NCBI GenBank assembly: GCA_963847185.1
Contig: CAWJYV010000005.1
Coordinates: 61,216 to 125,215 of the forward strand
Direction of reading: 5' to 3'
DNA length: 64,000 nt
Source: an uncultured Methanosarcinaceae archaeon
Lineage (GTDB): Archaea; Halobacteriota; Methanosarcinia; Methanosarcinales; Methanosarcinaceae
Positions 44,085 through 54,855 of the stretch are shown piece by piece (the first letter of the stretch is position 1; the number at the start of each line of letters is the position of its first letter). Below the pieces are notes generated by a model. It worked only from the letters and a program-made list of their open reading frames with translations, had not been told where the DNA came from and ran no database searches. A program made the translations under genes and the position numbers.

Positions 44085-44624
44085 GATAATGAGCGGGTGA
44101 CGTGGTGTCAGTCTTGGCACTTGTAGAAGAGATAGTCCTCGGGATATGTAGAACAGACTGTCTTCGCACCTGTTCTTAATTTTTACCTGTGCAGGAGCAG
44201 CTCGGAAATATAATAATAGGATATTAGAAATGACCGAGCCGTACATAGTATAAATATTCTAAAATGTATCTTGTTTTTTCGAATCATCATCATGAGACAA
44301 CAAAATATTATATTCTAAAATGTTAATATACAACCGAAATTTCAAAAATTAGAATAATATATTCTAAAACGTGCCATCACACTAACTATATACACAATGG
44401 TTTGTATGCCTCAGTTCCATTTACATTATTAAGGTAGCTGACAACATAAATCAGTTAGTTAACAACGTTTTTTGGGAAGTTTCCATCCCCGCAGCAAGCC
44501 GCAGGGAATATTCAACTGAAATAAACCTGCTGATAAAGGATCTTTTTTTCAGAAAAATCCTGTCCGCAGGCGCATTCGTCGTGGTTTGAAATATCCAGAT
44601 ATTTAACAGGTTTTGAGAACTTTA

Positions 44625-45848
44625 TCAATGAATTGTGTCGTAGGCACGTTCCCCGTGCATAGAAATATCCAGGCCCACAAGCTGTTCATCATCTGTAACT
44701 TTGACCGGGGTTATTACATTTATTAATATCAACATAATGTAGGTAAACACAAATGCATAGATTGAAGTTCCAGCGACAACCACAAATTCTTTTATAAAGA
44801 ACTGAGTGCCACCGTAAAGTAAACCGTCAGCTCCTGCCGGATTTATGGTTGTTGAAGCAAAGACTCCAAGGAGAATTGTTCCTGTCACTCCTCCAATTCC
44901 ATGGACGCCCCATACATCCAGAGCATCATCCCATTCCATCTTGTTTTTAATGTGCACTGCAAGATAGCAGACAATAGCTCCAAGTATGCCTATTAATGCA
45001 GCCACAGGCAGGGAAACAAAGCCTGCTGCAGGAGTAATGGTTGCAAGCCCTGCAACTGCTCCTGTCATAAGCCCCACAAATTTTGGTTTTCTCTCCTTGG
45101 ACCATTCTATTATCATCCAGGTGATTGCTGCAAAAGAAGCTGCAATGTCGCTGTTCAAGAATGCAAGTGCGGTAATCCCGTCTACATTGAGTTCACTTCC
45201 AGCGTTAAAGCCGTACCATCCAAACCAGAGAAGAGCAGTGCCAATAGCCATTAAGGGGATATTGTTTGGTTTTGAATCTTTGAACCTTCTTGAACCTACG
45301 AAAAAGACCGAAGCAAGAGCTGCAAATCCGGCTGTCGCATGAACCACGATCCCGCCTGCAAAGTCAAGAACTCCCATTTCTGCAAGCAGGCCGCCCCCCC
45401 ATATCATATGGACAAAAGGGTAGTAAACGAAAAGCTGCCAGACGACCAGGAAAATGATGTAAGCCTTAAAAGTAATCCGGTTTGCAAATGCTCCCGTAAT
45501 CAGAGCCGGGGTAATGATTGCAAACATCATCTGGTAAGCCACGAATACAAGTTCCGGGAATCCTGCGTTTCCAAACATAGTATTCGGAGTAATTCCATGC
45601 AAAAATATCTTGTCCAGGTTTCCTATGATCGCGCCTTCTCCCCCGCTGAAACATAGAGAATAACCTATAAAGAACCATAAAACAGTCGTCAACCCCATAG
45701 AAACGAAACTCTGCATCATAATTCCTAAAATGTTTCGCTTAGAGGAAAGTCCTCCGTAAAAGAATGCCAGACCAGGGGTCATAAGCATCACAAGACTTGT
45801 CGCAAGCAGCATAAAGCCTGTTGAACCAGTATTTAACATATTTTTCAT
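44625..45848 (-). CDS. amt: Ammonium transporter
   Basis: LMTPGLAFFYGG, DFAGGIVVH, WFGWYGFNAGS and DDALDVWGVHG (twin His). Confidence 0.97.
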   Translation of the reverse strand: MKNMLNTGSTGFMLLATSLVMLMTPGLAFFYGGLSSKRNILGIMMQSFVSMGLTTVLWFFIGYSLCFSGGEGAIIGNLDKIFLHGITPNTMFGNAGFPELVFVAYQMMFAIITPALITGAFANRITFKAYIIFLVVWQLFVYYPFVHMIWGGGLLAEMGVLDFAGGIVVHATAGFAALASVFFVGSRRFKDSKPNNIPLMAIGTALLWFGWYGFNAGSELNVDGITALAFLNSDIAASFAAITWMIIEWSKERKPKFVGLMTGAVAGLATITPAAGFVSLPVAALIGILGAIVCYLAVHIKNKMEWDDALDVWGVHGIGGVTGTILLGVFASTTINPAGADGLLYGGTQFFIKEFVVVAGTSIYAFVFTYIMLILINVITPVKVTDDEQLVGLDISMHGERAYDTIH

Positions 45849-46284
45849 CCCTTTTCTTTTATACTATAACTAGGAAACCTCACACATCTTACCGTTTTCC
45901 TATGTTATCCTACTTAATCATTTCTAATATTCCTCTGCAATCTAATCTCAAAATAGTTTTCCAGATAGTAATGGTTCAGAAATAGGGATTTATCAATACA
46001 GAAAAAGCAGAAACGTAGAAAAGATAGACAAAGCCCAGGAACAATTGACAATAGAAAAATGTATTAGTTTCATGGAGTGATTCTTTTCTATCCATGAAAC
46101 TGAATTTTCCACAAAATTTTTACATTTTTTTAATCTGCGGCATGGATTCTTTATATCCCTTGACCAAACAGGATCCATGCAGTTATATAGCCCGCGATTC
46201 TGTCTACAAATTCGAGGGGTTCTCTTATTTTCCAAGGCTGTCTACAAACAATTTACCTTGTCCAAAAAAAATTGAGTAACCTAT

Positions 46285-46453
46285 TCCCCTCATCCCACAG
46301 CCATGATGCCCATTGCAACAGAATGCATCATACTGCTAAGGACATTTTTACGCTGAACCAACCCACCGTAGAATAGTGCAAGCCTTGGAAGCATTATAAT
46401 ACAAGTGCAGATGAAACCAATATCCATGCAGTATCTGCTTTATTAATAGCCAT
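46285..46453 (-). pseudogene. 5' fragment of a second amt gene
   Basis: Manual translation MAINKADTAWILVSSALV.../LALFYGGLVQRKNVLSSMMHS with frameshifts; starts ~10 bp after the glnK stop. Confidence 0.8.
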
Positions 46454-46462
46454 ATTTATCCC

Positions 46463-46819
46463 TCATAAAGCATCAGGTCCGTTTTCGTTTGTACGGATCC
46501 TTATTACATCCTCAAGTGGTAACACAAATATCTTACCACTTCCTATGTAACCATCGTCTCCTTTTGCTCCGGTCTTTATTGCTTCAATAATGGTTTGCAG
46601 AAAATTATCTTCAACTGCGATTTCAATCTTGATTTTCTCAAGCAGGTTTGCTTCACGTTCCATCGCTTTATATATTTTCATATGTCCTTTTTGTGCACCA
46701 TAACCTGCAACTGATGACACTGTTAGTCTATTTACTTCAAGTTTCTGAAGTTCTCGTTTGACTGCATCAAGCCTTTCCGGCCTTATCATTGCAATTACAT
46801 ATTTCATCGTGACCACCAA
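46463..46819 (-). CDS. glnK: P-II nitrogen regulator
   Basis: MKYVIAMIRPERL, GYGAQKG T-loop and GSGKIFVLPL..VIRIRT.E. Confidence 0.95.
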   Translation of the reverse strand: MVVTMKYVIAMIRPERLDAVKRELQKLEVNRLTVSSVAGYGAQKGHMKIYKAMEREANLLEKIKIEIAVEDNFLQTIIEAIKTGAKGDDGYIGSGKIFVLPLEDVIRIRTNENGPDAL

Positions 46820-47407
46820 TAAGTGGCTATTCTCCTACTTCATAATATCTAAATCTACCTGTTCTTCAAAATGTGGAATAATATATTCTAAAACGTTGGC
46901 GTCAAACCAACTTATTTTTCTGTTCTCTTTCCTTCTTAATCTGGCTTGCCGGTTTTGATTTGTGATGTTTAAGATATTATTCTAATTGAAATGCATGTTC
47001 AGGTTTATCAAGCCCTAACTGCTTGCCATATTTGTTTATTGTGAAATATGGGAGTAATTGCTCGGGCAACAAATCAAAGTCTTCTGCTTTCCTTATAGGG
47101 TGATGTGGGTACTTTCCGTAATTCTCTGTTCGCTTTGGAACCTTCCTTACCCTATTAAGATCGAAACCATGCCTTATTCTTTGTAGGTAAGCTATACATT
47201 GGGAAATATAAATATGCCTTAGAAGGGCTAAACGCTTGGCTACGTGGCTTAGAGTGGGTTGTTGCTATACGCATGTAAAGATTCGGGACATATTCAGGGA
47301 TGCGATACCCTCAATATAGTATTTTTATTTCAGTCGAATACCCCCTATCTTGATGTGGGGTCGCCAGCATAACTTGATTTAAAAAAGTTTTACTATATCT
47401 AATATTT

Positions 47408-47650
47408 TTAAAAAGCTGCACCATTTTTTTCATTACTAAAACCAGATAAGTAGAATACAATAATGAACACTATCACACCAACAATAACTGCTACAGGATG
47501 GAAATCTTTCAAGGCATTCATGAAGGTAAAAACATCTTTGTCTCTAAATATATATAGAGTCACAGAGGCATAAATAATCAAACTACACAAGAATGACATG
47601 CATAAACGAAGAAGTACAACTACAACAGAATTTATATCTCGCATTAACAT
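47408..47650 (-). CDS. Small two-TM hypothetical protein
   Basis: 80-aa ORF with two hydrophobic segments. Confidence 0.5.
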   Translation of the reverse strand: MLMRDINSVVVVLLRLCMSFLCSLIIYASVTLYIFRDKDVFTFMNALKDFHPVAVIVGVIVFIIVFYLSGFSNEKNGAAF

Positions 47651-47758
47651 ATATTTGTTTCAAGACTATTTAATTTTTATTTCAATGATTCAATGGGAAC
47701 TTCAATAATAGAAAATGATCACTTACAGTACAGAGGATTGAGAGAATTCTCTCAGATT

Positions 47759-47956
47759 TTAGTTTGTCTTGTGGTGGCTAGGCTTTCCTTTTATCCGATA
47801 TAATAAATATAAAATGCATATTGTTATGAAGGCGAGGATTACAATGTATATTACAGGTATTCCATATATCATTACAGTAGAGCTGGAGATCATAATATCA
47901 TTATTCAGTTCAACATTTAAAAGTATTTGCAAATCATAATACTTGAACTGGTACAA
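47759..47956 (-). CDS. Small single-TM hypothetical protein (start uncertain)
   Basis: Hydrophobic helix followed by a basic tail. Confidence 0.35.
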   Translation of the reverse strand: MYQFKYYDLQILLNVELNNDIMISSSTVMIYGIPVIYIVILAFITICILYLLYRIKGKPSHHKTN

Positions 47957-48813
47957 CTTTCTAGCAATTTAGCTATCTTTACGAAAACAGCAAAGTATTT
48001 AACTATTAAAAAATATTTTTTATGTAGGTGCAAATCCCTCTCGCAGCGAACAGACAATACATCAATTTACCCAAATGTATCATCATCAGAAATATAATCC
48101 GGGATTTGCACTGCCTCCTCTTTTTGGAAACCCAAATAATAATAAATTTTAAATAGTTTCAAATGTATCACTATTTTGACGCATTAAGGCAAACGTCATT
48201 GTTTGCATCAGAAATTTCCAGGTGGGAGTCAGCTCTCCCACTTGTCTACTACTAATAATTCTTTTCGCCAAGGGCTTGTTTTCGAGAAACAGTATTTACC
48301 CCAGATTCATCCATTGAAAATGCAAAAAAGATATAAATTGGAGATATCTCTCAATTCAAGAGGTATCTGGTTGAATCACTGGAATTGGGGCAATTATTAA
48401 CAATTGTTAATTATTTGTATATGTTGTGACTGATGATCTCAATTTTGAACATGTAAACGGTGTAATCAAAGCTGCGCTGGTGCATCCTGCTGCAAGCAAT
48501 GGAGTATATTCGCTCCAGCCTTTCATATATTCCAAGAGCTTGGCCCTTACTTACTCATTTTAATTGCGTTGAAGTCTTCTGAGATATTATTTGGTCCATC
48601 TGGCTACGAGCGATAACCCTGGCCATTGTACGTGGCTTCTGGAAATATGTGCGTGGGAGATGGGGGATATCCATTCCTGGTCACATCACTCAATGCCTTC
48701 AGCAAATGGAGGTACTTTGAGAACGTCACACTCTTCAATAAACAAGATAAGTTTATTAACCGTAGGCAATTATTGGAACTGAAAATCACTTATAGAGAAT
48801 AGCCACCTCTGAG

Positions 48814-49104
48814 ATGAAAACAATGGACTCAATGGAAAAAATCTTTGGAAAAACCGCACAAATGACGGTACTTAAGAACCTTATCGAAAAACAGAACGAA
48901 CCAGCCTACCTTTCAGGAATAGCTGAAGCAACTGGACTATCACATTCCAGCGTATCAAGGGTTATCGCACCTCTGATTTCATCAGGTGTTGTTCAGGAAA
49001 AAATGCTAGGAAAACAAATTCGACTTTTCCAGCTCAATATGGAAAGCGAAGCGGCAAATGTGATAGTTGATTTTTACCGTAAAATCAATGAGGCAGTAAA
49101 TTAA
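48814..49104 (+). CDS. Winged-helix regulator, paralog of 17336-17626
   Basis: MEKIFGKTAQMTVLKNLIE, YLSGIAE.TGLSHSSVSRVI and LGKQIR.FQL.MESEA are shared with the 17.3-kb gene. Confidence 0.87.
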   Translation: MKTMDSMEKIFGKTAQMTVLKNLIEKQNEPAYLSGIAEATGLSHSSVSRVIAPLISSGVVQEKMLGKQIRLFQLNMESEAANVIVDFYRKINEAVN

Positions 49105-49265
49105 GTTTTGATATGAAGGTGAGGGAAATTCAATTTCCCACCTTATCTTTTTGATTCTGTCTCCAAGCTATTGACAAAAAGCTTGGAGTTTATTTAAAAA
49201 CAGTAGCTTTTCTGCTTATCCTAATCTTAATGATAAGCTACTGTTGAGAGGGTTATATATATTGA

Positions 49266-49382
49266 TTACTTCCCCTTCTTTGCTGGCTTGGATTCTTTCT
49301 TCATAGACTTCTCTGCTACTGGAGCTTTTGCTTTCCCACAAGCAGCTCCTGCCTTATGTGCATCATTTATTGTTTTCTGCAT
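49266..49382 (-). CDS. 38-aa Lys/Ala-rich small protein (below ORF-track cutoff)
   Basis: GAGGTG SD, then MQKTINDAHKAGAACGKAKAPVAEKSMKKESKPAKKGK*. Confidence 0.65.
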   Translation of the reverse strand: MQKTINDAHKAGAACGKAKAPVAEKSMKKESKPAKKGK

Positions 49383-49868
49383 AATTAAACACCTCTTTGA
49401 ATATTTTAGTAATTATTTAAGTAAACTATCTTAAATGTATATATAAGTTTATAACAAGAACATTAATTCGATCAGATAACTATTATGTGGATAGTTAAAA
49501 AAAATATATAGAGACTTGGCTATATAATATCGAATTCGCGAATTATTCTTTTATGATATAAATTAATGATATGCCCATTTTAATTTCGTTGTGGAGCCGT
49601 CCGGGATATAATTTCCATTTGCTACGAGCGATAGCCCTTGCCTTTGTACGTGGCTTCTAGGTGTGGAAATGAGGAATAGAAGTATCAAAAGAAGCTATGC
49701 TTGGTTCCCGTCCAGACTATCTGGATTCGAAAAAGGCTCTATAGAAATGCTTTATATTCTATTTACTCAAAAAATTACAAAAAATTGAAGTATAAAAATG
49801 TCCCTTATTTTTGTCCCCACAAAAAACTAGGAGCAATCCATATTGTCATCAAATAAATATATTAAATT

Positions 49869-49986
49869 TAGGACTTACTACTTGAGTTTATAAGTTGGCA
49901 GCATTAGACCTTCAACAGTTCAAATTGTAGATTTAAACAACAACGTTTATTGTGCTTGATTTCATACTTTCAAGTGCGTAGTCCTA
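49869..49986. mobile_element. 118-bp MITE with TAGGACTTAC TIR
   Basis: TAGGACTTACTACTTGA ... TCAAGTGCGTAGTCCTA; homolog of 42799-42916. Confidence 0.75.
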
Positions 49987-50764
49987 AAAGTCTCAATTAG
50001 GTCCGTAAAAATTTCTAAAGTTTAGTATCCGCCGCCACGGCGACAATTCCCAGAGCACCACCAGCAGTGTCTACGTCTATCAAATCTGCAGTAACTATGC
50101 CACATTTGCATTTCCTCCAAATTTTTACTTAATGAGATGCAATTGTGAATGGAGTTTTATGAATATCGCTTTCTTAATTCAATGTTTTTTCGATTCACTT
50201 CTCGTCAGCAAATATTATTGGTAAATTATTTGTATATTGAAAACTTCTATCTACATTTTATCTGCTGATAATTTACATGCCTATGAGAGTGATTTCACAA
50301 TTGCTCACTCAGATAATATTCATCATGAAACATAAAATCTATAGAAATATAATTAAGAATTCTATAATAGTTGGAAGCTGACTTTATTAGTTAAATTTCA
50401 CAAATGATTCAGCACGTTGGCATTTTATAAAGTTTCCTGTTTTATAAATAACGAAGAATAAATAGATTCAATAAACCTATATTCATGCCTGGCATCCTAA
50501 AGATTCTTACCCGAGCAATAGCCCTGGCTTTTGTACGTGGCTTCTGGTTAGGTAGTTATAGTTTGGATCGTATTCGTTGTCATAATATCCCAGAAGATTC
50601 ATATAAAGATGGAAAGTCTTGTTTTATTCTTTACACAGTTTTTAGTAAAAGCTCTATATTTCATCCGATTTTCAGGTAAAAATTTGCTCAAATTAGCAGC
50701 AAAACTGTCCAAAATGCACAGGTTTTACTCTAAAACCTGTGCATTTTTCAATCATCTTCAATAC

Positions 50765-51000
50765 CTATTGTGTGAAGTATTTTGCCCATCCAGAGCACTT
50801 ATGCTTGCTGATGGGAGTAATAAAGCTCATGACAGTATAATCCCAAAAGGAGTGATCTCTCCCGAAAATCCTGGCCATTTCCTCAAAAGCCGGCATTCGA
50901 TTCGGACATATAAACAGACACAAGTACCTCGTACAACTATCGAGTCGATCTTAGACATTGTCCGGTATGCCCCCTTTGGTGGAAATTCCCAAATCCTTGC
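50765..51000 (+). pseudogene. Internal fragment of a ferredoxin-nitroreductase
   Basis: CEVFCPSRAL, FLKSRHSIRTYK and ILDIVRYAP.GGNSQ; lacks both the N-terminus and the C-terminus. Confidence 0.7.
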
Positions 51001-51004
51001 ACTT

Positions 51005-51811
51005 TTCAGAGATAGCATCAGCGATATTCCTTAATGAATCTGAGTCAATTTCTGCATACTTCAAACCCGAATATTCCCATTACCTTGTGGTACATACTCC
51101 TGTAAAATATAAAGGTCCTAAAAATAGAACAGAGTGGAACCTGCGGTTTTGTGGAGATGTCGGAGTTTCAGTTGTTGAACTTTTTACAGTAAAAGCTTGT
51201 ATTGCTTATGTAAAAGGGTTGATGGCAGTTAATGGATCAAAAATCTATGCAATCCTTCCCTATACATCAATAGATATAGAAAGAGCGGAAAAGGCAAAAT
51301 TTCCTGAAGATCAGATCTCCCGCGTGCGGGCAAGAGTACTACCTCCTGTACTTCGAGAAATAAAAGGGGAAATGATTCTGGATATAGGCAGTGGGTTTGG
51401 AACGCTAACTCTTGAAATTGCAAAAAATAACCCTGATTCAAAGATCTATGGTGTCGATATTCACGACTCTCATACTGGTCAGGCACAAATGAATGCAAGG
51501 ATTCTTGGTGTACCGAATCTAGAGTTCAAGACAGGCAGTATATATTCACTTCCTTTTAAGAGTGACTCTATGGATGCTGTTACCTGTTTTTACATGCTTC
51601 ATCACCTTGAAGATTTAAAACTAGCCCTGATGGAAATCAAGAGAGTATTAAAAAAGGTGGGATATTAACAGCAGTAGAGCCTCTTGAACATCAATATAAT
51701 CATGGACCTCATCTCTCTCAAATTGAATGGAAAGAACTTTTTGAAAAAGTAGGCTTTTATGTGGAGACTCAAAGCTATGAAGGAGCAATAGCCATGAAGG
51801 CCAAAAAGTAG
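51005..51811 (+). pseudogene. Class I SAM methyltransferase, 5'-truncated, frameshift near 51655
   Basis: ILDIGSGFG, GSIYSLPF and LHHLED...EIKRVLK; the shifted frame continues GGILTAVEP...MKAKK* to 51811. Confidence 0.75.
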
Positions 51812-51958
51812 GTATACTATTTTAGATCATAGTTCAAACACTTAGTCTCCGATAATGTTTGGAAATAAGGATAGAAAGACTGGGGATTGGATCTATGTTC
51901 TATTGTTTGATTCTTAACTTTTTCATTAATTGAGTCAATGATTGAATAAATTGATATG

Positions 51959-52086
51959 AAGCCGATCCCAAAACTCAAAATTGCTTCTCTGAATCCCGTA
52001 TTCCGAATAATCAATATAGTTTCGATCATGAAAATAGTTATGAAACTTTACTGATTTGAGAATAAAATTGGTTTTGGGATGAGCTC
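51959..52086. mobile_element. ~128-bp MITE, copy 1
   Basis: AGCCGATCCCAAAAC ... GTTTTGGGATGAGCTC; near-identical copies at 53050 and 57369. Confidence 0.88.
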
Positions 52087-53049
52087 ATAGTATATACACA
52101 AATACTCAATGGCGTTAACAGAAATTATGCTTTTCCTGGATTTCTCGTCTTTTTCACTGCTACCTGATTCGTAGGAAATGATCTTTGGCAGTTTTCACAC
52201 CGGTAATTACGCTTTTTCGTGTTTTTAGTGATATTCGGTGAATTGCAAAACGGACATACTTTTATTGTACATGTGGTAGTCATTAGATAAGCTCCAAAAT
52301 AAACTTAAACACTTGTTTTTAATTCTCTTCGTCTTTCCTGCTCTTTTATACTCTTCAATATCTCTTTTCTTTTTATCCTTACCCCTAACTGTCCAGACAG
52401 CTTCATCTTTTGAAACTTTGTCCTGCAGGACTTTAATACCATGTTTCGTGTATATGATAGAGTTCATTACACCAGTGTCTCTTAGAGGCTGTCTTAAAAT
52501 TCAAACCATTTCTACATTTAGATAATGGAAAACGTTAACTTTAAATTCATACCTAAATTTTTTCAGCAATTCAGGAACATATTGACTTTAAGATAGTATT
52601 TTATCCATAGGATTTACGTATCTACGATAAAATCGAATTGCGTATTTCCACCACGCACTAAAAGGCTGTCCACAATTCAATCGAGGTAGAAACTTTCCAT
52701 CCTCATACGAGAGATATGCCATAGCTTTTAGATTAGCTTCAGGTTATGTGCTTAAAGTGCATGAAGGGCGACAAAAAAGAAGCTATGCTTGGTTCCTGTC
52801 CAAGTCGCTACAATGCCTTCGGTAGAAATGCTCACCCTACCAGTTTTCTTAATATCTCGAGCCGAAGGATGGTCCAAATACTCAAAACCCTGATTTTTGG
52901 GTGGAAATAGGTTGCGATACCTGCAAAAATGAGTTAATTTGACAATGTCAAGTTAGAATTTGAAACTCAGTTATGAAAATTTGACCTGAAATAAATGTGT
53001 TAGTTTAACCATAGTAGTTTCCGTATTATACGTAAATTCCATATAGAAT

Positions 53050-53177
53050 GAGCCGATCCAAAACTCAAAATTGCTTCTCTGAATCTCGTATTCCGAATAA
53101 TCAATATAGTTTCTGATCATGAAAGTAGTTATGAAACTTTACTGATTTGAGAATAAAATTGGTTTTGGGGTGAGCTC
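53050..53177. mobile_element. ~128-bp MITE, copy 2
   Basis: Near-identical to 51959-52086. Confidence 0.88.
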
Positions 53178-53225
53178 TATAATAAAAGAAGCAATAACGT
53201 GATAGTATACCTTGATATCTCAAAA

Positions 53226-53950
53226 TTAAGATTTTTTTCTTTTTCTCTTCTCAGGCGTCACAAGTTCTGTTAAAAAGAATCCAAATGCTGCGAAATCCTT
53301 AATATCTAGTTTTGAGAACTCTCACCGGAAGAAATTGCTGGAATAATGAACCGGAAGAATTCACTGGTGTACTGCTCGTAGCTGAATCCCTCCGCCTCAA
53401 TCACTAATTTCCATTTATTTTCCATGGAGAGGATACCCATAAAGGATATCATAAGATACATCGAGGTCAGGAATGGATCAAGATCGGCCCGGATTGTCCC
53501 ATCATCGATGCCCTCCTGGATCGCATCCCGCAGGATCATACGGCAGGTACCATACCCCTTTCCAATCTCTGAGGTAGATGGGTTTTCTTTGGAAAAACGT
53601 TCAGATCCATAAAAGTGGATCAATCGAAGATAATCCGGGTATTCCTGTGAAAACTGGTAATAGGCCTGGCCCATCAGGGCTACTTTGACAATTCCGGGAG
53701 CCTGTTTTCCCATGCATTCCAAATATTTTTCCTTAAGGATCTGGATACCACGGAGAACAATAGTAGCGAAAAGTGCCTCCTTATTTTTAAAATATAGATA
53801 TAAGGTAGCCTTATTCAGTTCGACATCTCGGGCGATATCATCCATGGACACATCTTCGTAACTCCGGGAAAAAAAGAGACGCTCGGCTGCATCAATGATC
53901 TCGGTCTTTCGCTGTTCCTTTTCTCGTTGTCTTCTATCGGAAATTCCCAT
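53226..53950 (-). CDS. TetR/AcrR-family regulator (probable frameshift near 53310)
   Basis: IIDAAERLF..SYEDVSMDDIA..LNKATLYLYFKNKE. The frame ends at TAG 53306, but a shifted frame reads LDIKDFAAFGFFLTELVTPEKRKEKKS*. Confidence 0.9.
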
Positions 53951-54054
53951 TTTTTCACACCATCTAACCCATATTTTGATAATCACTGTCAGTTATATGA
54001 ATTAAGGAATGAATGTATTCCAATTTTCCGCTTTTACCAATTGGGATATATTCA

Positions 54055-54855
54055 TCAGATAAAACATTCAGGCTCCTTTCGTTGGCTATAGAGCGTATGG
54101 AGACGCACTGATGCGTCTTTAACCAGCCCGGGTTTCATCGATCTGGCATTCTGCGGGCAGTTTTTGATACACGCACAGCAGGTAATGCATTTTTCCGTAT
54201 CAATCAAACGGGAATTTTCTGCATCAACAGCACCAACAGGACATTTATCTGCACAGATTCCACACTGTGAACACTCATCGCTGACTGCGATAAAATCAAC
54301 ATTCCATAACTTCGAATCTCCTCTATAGGGATAAATGCCAGGCACATATACATCAGAAATTTGGGAGGTTAATGAAATGGATTGAAGTTTTTCACGTATT
54401 TTCTGTCCAAATACTTTTGCATGGTTCAAATCATCTTCACCGGGGCGTCCTTGAGCTGTTGGTGTCTCGGAATTTGAGAATGAATGTTCCCCGATATATG
54501 CTGCACAGGCAATGGGAATACACCCACATTTCATTACAATATTTTTTAGTTCGAGTAGTGCATCGTCATATACACGATTCCCATAGACAACAATACAGAT
54601 GGTAGGGGTATTATGAGCTTGAATTGCATTCAGCCATTCAATTAATAATGCTGGCACTCTCCCCATATAAACGGGAACTCCAACTACAAGCAGTTCATTT
54701 TCCGAGGTCAGTAATGGTTGTTTTCTTGCACTTTGTTTGGTAATATCAATTAATTCCATGATGCTTGGATTAATACCATGCGCAATGCCCTGAACAACCG
54801 CTTTTGTTGTTCCAGTAGGTGAAAAATAAACTAATTTCGCAGATTCCATTTTCAT
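54055..54855 (-). CDS. EFR1-type flavodoxin/ferredoxin fusion protein
   Basis: YFSPTGTT, VPVY.GRVP, VYGNR.YDDAL, IGEHS and two CxxCxxCxxxCP motifs. Confidence 0.9.
   Translation of the reverse strand: MKMESAKLVYFSPTGTTKAVVQGIAHGINPSIMELIDITKQSARKQPLLTSENELLVVGVPVYMGRVPALLIEWLNAIQAHNTPTICIVVYGNRVYDDALLELKNIVMKCGCIPIACAAYIGEHSFSNSETPTAQGRPGEDDLNHAKVFGQKIREKLQSISLTSQISDVYVPGIYPYRGDSKLWNVDFIAVSDECSQCGICADKCPVGAVDAENSRLIDTEKCITCCACIKNCPQNARSMKPGLVKDASVRLHTLYSQRKEPECFI

Noticed and set aside
52090-52467. ORF 52225-52467 as a transposase
   Set aside because: It lies beside a MITE and may be an IS remnant, but I recognise no catalytic motif.
53306-53308. TetR terminal TAG as a pyrrolysine codon
   Set aside because: The plausible C-terminal extension is in a different frame, so a one-base indel explains it better.
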